Positions 26,001 through 31,890 of a DNA stretch of 31,946 nucleotides are shown here, in pieces. Origin of the DNA: Candidatus Iainarchaeum sp. (GTDB lineage: Archaea > Iainarchaeota > Iainarchaeia > Iainarchaeales > CSSED10-239); contig CALBUD010000049.1 of NCBI GenBank assembly GCA_937968065.1, positions 1 to 31,946 of the forward strand. Reading direction: 5' to 3'. The first letter of the stretch is position 1. The number at the start of each line of letters is the position of its first letter. The notes under the pieces were generated by a model, which did not search any database, was not told the origin of the DNA, and saw only the letters and a program-made list of their open reading frames with translations. The position numbers and the translations under genes were made by a program.

Positions 26001-26184
26001 AATTAGTTCCATATATTGAATATCTTAAATCTATTGTATCATATACATCTGCATATTGATATGGCATGTAGATTGGATGTGAAGATGTTCTTACATGTGC
26101 ATAATCAAAACCAATTGTGTATGCTGTAATTGCATTTGATAAAATTATTATTGAAAAAAACAATAACAAATATTTAAATTTCAT
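23086..26184 (-). CDS. large secreted, C-terminally membrane-anchored surface protein (S-layer/adhesin-like, repetitive beta-sandwich-type modules)
   Basis: It has an N-terminal signal peptide MKFKYLLLFFSIIILSNAITA. The roughly 950-aa body is Asn/Ser/Thr/Tyr-rich with many N-x-S/T sequons and recurring strand patterns such as F-x-I-x-N-x-S (YIFNNSNKKFTI, ITIYNNSSVDFSL, LTLTINNSSSL). A single C-terminal TM segment DIILFVILILLIALLIYFI is followed by RRYSKKK and a 54-aa charged tail. GGGGT lies before the ATG. Confidence 0.75.
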   Translation of the reverse strand: MKFKYLLLFFSIIILSNAITAYTIGFDYAHVRTSSHPIYMPYQYADVYDTIDLRYSIYGTNFASPVNVIVSPKVYGINPFGQRIFVHNIQTHSFILSPYSNYVYSYNPMFYFDPSYQSYEVVLDLQSSDGTYQTTTSSYIYSQGTTGGSTTPLIPPTPPQNIPTCDDFYVSGFSDIYLTEDKRDFYNLYIINTIDKPLNITSVTTNPINPTNLKIENISYPFTISPYQTRSAQIDLFADTVSSTYTNFFDIRVIGKYENLTCEKVYNVRYRINDSYLPNTAECSDLRISNNYFNISSNDNKSFEIDVLNKSLDYYFEVENIRIDKPSNSILDVSLRNSIFRIYEDSKKSLTFNVRSGKTDFLKTENLTLRVEGFLKRENREDKRCRINETITVRVSPTSQNFVSNECKDITIFTRNLNLQEKTQTNFSKENGFYIFNNSNKKFTITGINHTDNTLYTDIFPKPINYTIYPKSDTSLNFDIRTTNIPSNITSVGNISIQGNFENGDFCSYSAINTNYNILINKDSICSNIGFNDSYFKDGENFITIYNNSSVDFSLNDVIFENRRNTNINIIDKSLFLPKNSQRTIRVGTSNPGSFELLAKGLFSNGVSCDYKDTKSGFFTFEQYSFENSCDFTLNYPNSKYISLDNDFVQISFKNLTNKTGSIKVTSTGAVIQEPIIPLSGYDNFSKQIDLLNIKNPKNVIYTVTFNGCEPISYFTNLYPVTSSDQEIYFTTYVSKISSNDKRITSNFSLKNTSFENKTIEVKFSGFPEDFVFVKSENMLNKNIFTEAENKNEFLLSPSMTKNIYFGIIIPDNSYLNEYNGYIEIYNLGRLILKEPFLIDRGIVEKELLISSVIENVLDEDKTVLLTLTINNSSSLQKNLLISFEDVNSFEIQGDLEFGVDAFTEVSKNYKIKYDDLSNLKYKIYDLDTYQIIKEGEYNLKEVDKPGILTGFFSFKTASDIILFVILILLIALLIYFISRRYSKKKDKVTDNVEENVVKKENLDLKTSIVEEEDINTKQVTLKELETLDIKN

Positions 26185-26224
26185 AAAATAACCCCTTTTT
26201 TTTTCTTAAATCTTATATAAAAAA

Positions 26225-26605
26225 TTATTGCCAACTAAATGAAACTCTAGTGTTTGGATTTACATAACTTATAGTGTTATAATTATAGTAAGTTGGATAA
26301 GTATATGTTGAATAACTATAACTTGGATAAGTATATGTTGAATAATATGAATTAACATAACTTGTGTATGTTGGAGTAATATACCCTGTATAAGGACTTA
26401 CATATCCTGAAGGATAATAGTATCCATAATCATAGTAACTGTTATAATAAGGTACATTTGGATAATATGGATAATTATAACTTACATTTGAATAAGATAT
26501 GTCAGTAACATCAAATCTTTTTGCAGCATCTACAGATATAGATACAAAAACAAGTGCAATTAAAATCATTAAAACACCTAGAATATTAATATATATTTTT
26601 TTCAT
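26225..26605 (-). CDS. small secreted or membrane-tethered tyrosine-rich low-complexity protein
   Basis: I moved the start to ATG 26605, which is preceded by GAGGTGA. The signal/anchor is MKKIYINILGVLMILIALVFVSISVDA. In the mature part I counted about 30 Tyr in about 99 residues (YNYPYYPNVPYYNSYYDYGYYYPSGY...). A 30-bp tandem duplication at 26291-26350 encodes Y-S-T-Y-T-Y-P units. Confidence 0.7.
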   Translation of the reverse strand: MKKIYINILGVLMILIALVFVSISVDAAKRFDVTDISYSNVSYNYPYYPNVPYYNSYYDYGYYYPSGYVSPYTGYITPTYTSYVNSYYSTYTYPSYSYSTYTYPTYYNYNTISYVNPNTRVSFSWQ

Positions 26606-26800
26606 ATACCCTTTCACCTCATATATTTTGTATATATATTTAGAGACAAATAGTTTATAAATGTTTTTAATTTAATAACTGAACGTAATTATCTACAAAA
26701 GGTATTAAAAAACAAATATTTTTTTAATAAAAAAAAAACAAACATCTTTAAATATATAATCATATATAGTAATATATAGAAAAATAAAAAAAGAATATCT

Positions 26801-27190
26801 ATGGTTGATCAATCTCAAAATATTTATCAAGATATTAAAGCATTACAGTCAAGCATTTTAGTTTTAAGACAAAAAATAAAATATCTTGTGCATAATGAAA
26901 AAATATTAGGTAGAAATATACTGGTTTTAAACAAAAAGATAGCTTCTGCTAATTTTTCTGGAAATGGAGATTCTGAAATTTCTAATGAAAAAATAGAAAA
27001 AATATTAAATACTTTAGAAAATCTAGATTCAAGAATAAAAGGAATTGAATCAACACTTGAAATGTTTTCAAAAAGATATGCAAGAGCAGAAGATTTAAAA
27101 GAAATGAAATATGTTATTGATAACATAAATCCTTTAGAGTATACAACTATTGAACAAGTTAAAAAAATCATTAAAGAAGAAAGTAAATGA
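26801..27190 (+). CDS. hypothetical coiled-coil protein (129 aa)
   Basis: The plus strand is A-rich here, as coding strands are in the rest of the window, and shows heptad-like Leu/Ile spacing. The competing minus-strand ORF is Phe/Ser-rich antisense shadow. A TATA-like CTTTAAATATATA lies about 40 nt upstream. Confidence 0.6.
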   Translation: MVDQSQNIYQDIKALQSSILVLRQKIKYLVHNEKILGRNILVLNKKIASANFSGNGDSEISNEKIEKILNTLENLDSRIKGIESTLEMFSKRYARAEDLKEMKYVIDNINPLEYTTIEQVKKIIKEESK

Positions 27191-27483
27191 ACTTATTCGA
27201 TTTTAGACAAAAATGGAATGAAGATAGTGTTTTAGCAAAAAAAAGAAAAGAACTTTTATGTGCGTCTAAAATTACTAATTCTCAAAAAATAAAATTAAAC
27301 TTATTAAATATTGAATTTTTAAAAGATGTTATAGCTGTTTCTAATGATCAAAGAAAAATTAATCAAAGTTTTAGAGAGATTTTAAGACTTAAGAGAAGTA
27401 ATACAGAAATTAAAAAAAAAATTGCTTTTAATAAAAAAATAAAATCTGCTTCTAAAAAACCAAAGATAAAAAGAAAAAGATAA
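27187..27483 (+). CDS. hypothetical basic protein (98 aa) with a poly-Lys/Arg C-terminus
   Basis: It has an ATGA start/stop overlap with the upstream ORF. The C-terminus is KKIKSASKKPKIKRKR. I recognised no family. Confidence 0.5.
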   Translation: MNLFDFRQKWNEDSVLAKKRKELLCASKITNSQKIKLNLLNIEFLKDVIAVSNDQRKINQSFREILRLKRSNTEIKKKIAFNKKIKSASKKPKIKRKR

Positions 27484-28026
27484 TTATTTAAAACTAGTTT
27501 TTAAAAATAAATAATAGGTTCCAATAACTATTATTATTAAGAATAATCTAAATAAAAAACCATGGAAAAAATCTGCAACAGATAGATCTAAAGAAACTAT
27601 TAAAAAGATTGTAAAAGTTATTCTTAAAAAATTAAAAAAGATTACTACTAAAAAAGATAAAAAGATCCATTTTATCTTTTGTTTAAAAGAAATGCCTAGG
27701 GTTGAAATGATAGCACTAAAAATCAAAGAAAATTCTAAAATACCTGTGCATAAAAAAACAATAGCTACAGGAAACTCTAAAGAAGGAATTATTAAGAAAG
27801 TTGTTTTTTCTATAAAATCATAATAAAAAGTAGAAGGTATATTATAAAAAATATTTAATAATTTACTTGACATTGATCCAAAGAAATAGTTTATGCCGTA
27901 ATAAATAATTGTCTTTGAAAGAACTAAATAAATAGAAATAAAAGAAATTAAAAAATAAATTAAAAAAAGAAAAGATTCTTTTAATTTCTTTTTATTTTTT
28001 AAATCTTTTTTTATTTTTTTAAACAT
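27484..28026 (-). CDS. minimal exosortase/archaeosortase-family membrane protein (putative sorting transpeptidase)
   Basis: 180 aa, about 5 TM segments. The ordered motifs are AIVFLCTGILEFS (family signature x-x-C-S/T-G), then about 40 residues later FFNFLRITF (N-x-x-R-I), then DFFHGFLFR (His/Arg). This is the Cys/Arg/His arrangement of EpsH/ArtA-type enzymes. It starts 9 nt after the eS8 stop. Confidence 0.55.
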   Translation of the reverse strand: MFKKIKKDLKNKKKLKESFLFLIYFLISFISIYLVLSKTIIYYGINYFFGSMSSKLLNIFYNIPSTFYYDFIEKTTFLIIPSLEFPVAIVFLCTGILEFSLIFSAIISTLGISFKQKIKWIFLSFLVVIFFNFLRITFTIFLIVSLDLSVADFFHGFLFRLFLIIIVIGTYYLFLKTSFK

Positions 28027-28035
28027 ATTAAAATA

Positions 28036-28431
28036 CTATTTTAACAAGACTGCAGTAACTTGTCCTGATTGACCAGGTCTTGAAGTTACTTTTGCTTTAT
28101 GTTCTTTACCATTAACATCAACAATAATAATTGAACCTTTTGTAATTACTTTTTGTCTTACAAAATGTTTATTTGCATTATTTTCTATAACATTTAAAAC
28201 TTTTGTTTTAAAGGTTTTTTCTTTATCAGAGATTAAAACATTTAAAACTTTGGTAATTTTTACTTTTTCATTACCGCCTCTTATTTTTTCTTTATGTCTT
28301 TTATCTTCAGTATCAACAATTGTTTTTGTAAATGTTCCACCTCTATCACTTAAGGATTTTGTTTTAGCATTTACAGAATTATTTATACCACCTGTTTTTT
28401 TTCTTTTTGATTTTTTAATCCATTCAACCAT
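28036..28431 (-). CDS. rps8e: ribosomal protein eS8 (S8e)
   Basis: Contains KSKRKKTGG...RGGNEKVKI...NANKHFVRQKVITKGSII...KVTSRPGQSGQVTAVLLK. Confidence 0.9.
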   Translation of the reverse strand: MVEWIKKSKRKKTGGINNSVNAKTKSLSDRGGTFTKTIVDTEDKRHKEKIRGGNEKVKITKVLNVLISDKEKTFKTKVLNVIENNANKHFVRQKVITKGSIIIVDVNGKEHKAKVTSRPGQSGQVTAVLLK

Positions 28432-28500
28432 TTATGTTCAACTCCTAAATATTTGTTTTTCCGTTTGTTTTTTAAACTAAATTATTTATAATTATTTAAT

Positions 28501-29028
28501 ATGACAGAAACATTCTCCATTTATAAAAAAAGTTACTATATAGAAAATATTTGTTGTTCTATAGATATTAATAATATAGAAAACTATTTAAAAAGAATTG
28601 AAAATATAGAAAAAAGGTATAAAAAAGAAATTGAGGTATTTTTAATACCTACAAACCTTATTTTTAAAGAAAATCAAATAAATTGGTCAATATTCATATC
28701 TAAAAGCAGATTTTTAGATAAAATCAATATTTCAAAGAAAATGTTTACAGAGGTTATTATGGTATTGTCTTACACTAATCAGATAAAAAACGTTTCAAAA
28801 GAATGGTATTTAAAAGAAGGTAGAAATATTTATTTTCTTACTATATTATCTAATAAAAAAATTAATAAAAAAGATTTAAAAGAAATAATAAATAATTTAG
28901 AAATTAAAAGTAAAAAAACAAAATTAAAGCCAAACATTAAACAAATTATAAAATATTATGATCTTAAAGATAATAAAAATATTGAAGAAAAAATTATTGA
29001 AAAAATGGCTTTATCTTTATATAAATAA
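28501..29028 (+). CDS. cgi121: KEOPS complex subunit Cgi121-like protein
   Basis: The central KMFTEVIMVLSYTNQIKNVSKEWYLKEGRNIYFL resembles the Cgi121 signature (F-x-x-E-I-L-x-x-x-S-G-x-x-Q-I-x-x-A-I...G). The C-terminal EEKIIEKMALS resembles the conserved terminal helix (V-L-E-K-I-A-L). This was recalled from the Methanocaldococcus protein and not searched. Confidence 0.5.
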   Translation: MTETFSIYKKSYYIENICCSIDINNIENYLKRIENIEKRYKKEIEVFLIPTNLIFKENQINWSIFISKSRFLDKINISKKMFTEVIMVLSYTNQIKNVSKEWYLKEGRNIYFLTILSNKKINKKDLKEIINNLEIKSKKTKLKPNIKQIIKYYDLKDNKNIEEKIIEKMALSLYK

Positions 29029-29029
29029 T

Positions 29030-29698
29030 TTAAAATTCTCTTTCAAAAAGATATTTTATTTTTTCTGCTTTTTTAGGTCCTAGTTTTGGAACCTTTCTTA
29101 ATTCCTTTACATCTGCATTAGATATTTTTTTAATACTTTTAAATTCTTTTAAAATTGATTTTGCAAGAGTTGGGCCAACATCTGGAAAAGATTGCATTAT
29201 AAATAATTGCCAGTCAGAAACATTCATTTTTGTTTTTGAATATCTTAATTTTAATTCATTATTTCCATTACCAATCTGTTCTTTTTTAGAAATTATAAAA
29301 AGAAATAAAGCTGTTTCTTTTTGATTTTTTGTAAAAAAAATAGGAATTCTGTAATTAAGACCAATTGAAGTTAAAAGGCCAATCATTGCTTTTTTATTAA
29401 GTCTTGCAGAATCTGAAAAAAGTTTAGATAAATCACCTTCAACTATTAATGCTGATCTTTTAATTTTTATAAGTTCTTGAAGTTGAGAAAAAATTCTACC
29501 ATCAATTATTGAAGTTTCTAAATCACTAATAGTTTTTCTTTCAATAACAATATCATCAGTTATTTGATAGTCTCCTACAGATAATTGTTCCATTATTAAT
29601 TTTATTTTTAAATTTTCTGTTGAAAGAGAAGATAATTCAGATAAAACAGAAGACGCATTCTCTCTTGTATCGCAAATAATTGTTATTTCTTTTGACAT
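29030..29698 (-). CDS. ERCC4-type (XPF/Hef) structure-specific endonuclease with C-terminal (HhH)2
   Basis: Contains DTRE...VGDYQITDDIVIERKTISDLETSIIDGRIFSQ (the GDxn-ERKxxxD active-site signature). The tail has two helix-hairpin-helix motifs (FPDVGPTLAKSIL, VPKLGPKKAEKI). GTGAT lies before the ATG. Confidence 0.85.
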   Translation of the reverse strand: MSKEITIICDTRENASSVLSELSSLSTENLKIKLIMEQLSVGDYQITDDIVIERKTISDLETSIIDGRIFSQLQELIKIKRSALIVEGDLSKLFSDSARLNKKAMIGLLTSIGLNYRIPIFFTKNQKETALFLFIISKKEQIGNGNNELKLRYSKTKMNVSDWQLFIMQSFPDVGPTLAKSILKEFKSIKKISNADVKELRKVPKLGPKKAEKIKYLFEREF

Positions 29699-29708
29699 TT
29701 AAAATCAC

Positions 29709-30167
29709 TTATACTAATTTAGGCCTTATTATTCCACCATGAAAAAAACCAGAATAAATTGTTTCGCCCTTATAATCAATTCTTTCTTTTCCAATAAATT
29801 TTTCAATATTTCCATTAACATCTGAAAAATATTCAAAATCATTTTCTTTATAGATGTTTGGGCCTCTAAAAGGAAATCTTTCTTCAACATTTAATAAAGC
29901 TTTTTTTAAAAAATCATAAATTTCTTTTTCTAAAATTAAATGAGTTTCTATAAAACCATAATAGTTTAAAGACCAAATAAAATTATCTTTTTCAAAAATA
30001 ATCTCTTGTCCTGAAAAAGGGTTATATCCATAATATTTATCAACATACTTATAATTTTCTTTTTCATAAATTAACTCTTTTGAACCATCTTTATTTAATT
30101 TATCTGTTATACGAGAAGATGCATAAGTGTTTTTTTTAGCTTCTATTAAAAAATCAATAAATTCCAT
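29709..30167 (-). CDS. DUF5680-like conserved protein of unknown function
   Basis: I moved the start to ATG 30167 (MEFIDFL), which is preceded by AAGGAGGA; the track start is TTG. The pattern FL-x-x-AK-x-x-TYA ... Y-x-D-x-Y-x-G-x-x-x-F-x-G-x-E ... W-x-x-N-Y-Y-G ... FLK-x-AL ... PFRGP ... F-x-G-x-E-x-I ... FHGG matches my recollection of that family. Confidence 0.5.
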   Translation of the reverse strand: MEFIDFLIEAKKNTYASSRITDKLNKDGSKELIYEKENYKYVDKYYGYNPFSGQEIIFEKDNFIWSLNYYGFIETHLILEKEIYDFLKKALLNVEERFPFRGPNIYKENDFEYFSDVNGNIEKFIGKERIDYKGETIYSGFFHGGIIRPKLV

Positions 30168-30183
30168 GTTTTTTCCTCCTTTT

Positions 30184-31770
30184 TTAAAAATCAACTATTG
30201 TTTTTTGAACTTTTTTCTTTTTAGAATCTTTTAAAAAATCTTTTTTTGACATATTAATTAAATTTTTATTCATAGTTTTTTCTTTTTTTAAAGATACAAA
30301 ATAATAATGTTCATCAATAGTATCTTTGTTTAAAAGAATAACAACTTTTCCTGCATTAAATCTTCCTGTTCTTCCTCTTCTTTGTATGGATCTTATCTCA
30401 GAAGGAACAGCATCATAAAAAATAACTAAATCAACAGAAGGTATGTCAAGACCTTCTTCACCTACAGAAGTGCATACTAAAACATTGAAGACACCCTCTT
30501 TAAAATCAGAAATTATTTTAGATTGTTCTTTTTGAGATAATCCTTTATCTTTTTCTTTACTTGCTTGTCCTACAAATCTTGCAGCAGAAACCCCTTCTTG
30601 ATTATTTAAAATAAAAGTTAAATGTTGAGCACAATCTCTAAAATTATTAAATATTAAAATTTTTGAATTTTTATTGTTTTTTAAAAAAGTGGTTGTAAGA
30701 GAAAGAATTTCTTTTTCTTTAGAATATAAGTCTTTTTTTAAATCTAAATTAACAAGTAAAGAATAAACCTCTAATATTTCTTTAGAATTTACAAACTGAT
30801 GAATAGTTTTTGTTGTTTTAGAAGATTTAGACTCTACAAATATTTTTTCTAAATAATTTTTTAAAGGTAAAAAACCTTGAGTTTCAATTAATTCTTTTGC
30901 ATGATATGCTTTTAAAGCAAGAGAAGTGTTTATTAAAGCTACAAAATTTAAAGAATTTTTAGATTTTTCAAGTCTTTTGAATAATAAGTGTTGAATCATA
31001 AGAATTTGTTTTTTTGTAAAATTATTTGAGATAGATATATTTAATTTTCTTAAAATATTTATTTTTTTAAAAATAAAAAAATCTAAGATTTTAGATATTT
31101 TTTTTGAAATTAAATCAAGCTCTACAAAAATAGTTTCTATTTCTATTTCTTTAATATAATCTATAACATCAATATCTTTATCTGTTCTTATCTCTATATG
31201 ATTTATTTTTAAATTATCTGCAACCTCTTTAATTTTTGTTTTATTATGTCCTGGAGATGCTGTTAAAGCTAATCTTTTTGTTTTTTCTGAAAAAAAAGAA
31301 GAGATTGAAACATAAGCATAATCACCTATCGCTCTATGAGCTTCATCAAAAATAATTAAATTAAAATTTTCTTTTTTTAAAAGATTATTTTTAATATCAT
31401 TATTTATTGTTTGAGGAGTTGCACAGATTATTTGTCCTTTTTTTGAATAAATTTCTTTTCTTTTTTCTGGAAGAATTTGTCCAGTTAATAATATTATCTT
31501 TTCTAAAGAAATATCTAAAACTTTTTCTAAAGATTTTTTATGTTGAGAAACTAAAGGTTTTGTTGGAGCTAATAAAATTATTGATTTTGAAGCATCATAA
31601 ACAGAACCTATAAGTAAAGCCGCAATAATTGTTTTTCCAAGACCAGTTGGAGCTACAACTAAAGTATTTGCATCAATTGCTTTTGCAGTTAAAAGCTCTT
31701 GATATAATCTTTTTTCTACAATATTTTTTTTAATATTTGGAAAAGAGATAAATTTATCTTCAATTGACAT
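30184..31770 (-). CDS. hef: Hef/FANCM/Mph1-type superfamily-2 DNA helicase (helicase half of Hef)
   Basis: Motif I APTGLGKT, Ia LAPTKPLV, II DEAH, III TASPG, an inserted helical domain, V TSVGEEGLDIP and VI QRRGRTGR. It stands in the same operon as an ERCC4 nuclease. Confidence 0.85.
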   Translation of the reverse strand: MSIEDKFISFPNIKKNIVEKRLYQELLTAKAIDANTLVVAPTGLGKTIIAALLIGSVYDASKSIILLAPTKPLVSQHKKSLEKVLDISLEKIILLTGQILPEKRKEIYSKKGQIICATPQTINNDIKNNLLKKENFNLIIFDEAHRAIGDYAYVSISSFFSEKTKRLALTASPGHNKTKIKEVADNLKINHIEIRTDKDIDVIDYIKEIEIETIFVELDLISKKISKILDFFIFKKINILRKLNISISNNFTKKQILMIQHLLFKRLEKSKNSLNFVALINTSLALKAYHAKELIETQGFLPLKNYLEKIFVESKSSKTTKTIHQFVNSKEILEVYSLLVNLDLKKDLYSKEKEILSLTTTFLKNNKNSKILIFNNFRDCAQHLTFILNNQEGVSAARFVGQASKEKDKGLSQKEQSKIISDFKEGVFNVLVCTSVGEEGLDIPSVDLVIFYDAVPSEIRSIQRRGRTGRFNAGKVVILLNKDTIDEHYYFVSLKKEKTMNKNLINMSKKDFLKDSKKKKVQKTIVDF

Positions 31771-31793
31771 ATATTATATTATAGAATAAATAG

Positions 31794-31801
31794 TTTATAT
31801 A
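31794..31801 (-). promoter_or_regulatory. TATA box candidate (TATATAAA) for the helicase operon, spaced for a leaderless or near-leaderless mRNA
   Basis: The 3' edge of TATATAAA lies 23 nt upstream of ATG 31770. There is no Shine-Dalgarno-like motif in between, unlike the internal genes. Confidence 0.4.
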
Positions 31802-31844
31802 TTTATTGAAAGAGGATGGCCAGATAAAAAAAGAATAAAAAAGA

Positions 31845-31869
31845 AAAAAGTATTTTTTAAATACTTTTT
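31845..31869 (-). terminator. perfect 11-bp inverted repeat with a 3-nt loop, followed on the minus strand by T-runs, downstream of the P1 gene
   Basis: AAAAAGTATTT-TTT-AAATACTTTTT read directly. On the minus strand it is followed by CTTTTTTCTTTTTTATTCTTTTTTT. Archaeal termination uses oligo-T tracts. Confidence 0.4.
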
Positions 31870-31890
31870 AATTTATTTTTAAAAAAGAAA

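Noticed and set aside
26225-26605. The Tyr-rich protein as an archaeosortase substrate
   Set aside because: It has no C-terminal TM helix or basic cluster (it ends ...NPNTRVSFSWQ). Only an N-terminal signal/anchor is present.
26827-27171. Minus-strand 114-aa ORF competing with the plus-strand 129-aa ORF
   Set aside because: The plus strand here is A-rich, like coding strands elsewhere in the window. It gives a balanced coiled-coil sequence and is coupled by an ATGA overlap to the next plus-strand ORF. The minus-strand product is Phe/Ser/Ile-rich shadow sequence.
28250-28480. Plus-strand 76-aa ORF overlapping eS8
   Set aside because: It is antisense to a clear S8e sequence and has shadow-ORF composition.
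31407-31613. Plus-strand 68-aa ORF inside the helicase gene
   Set aside because: It is antisense to the conserved helicase motifs I-II region and is a shadow ORF.
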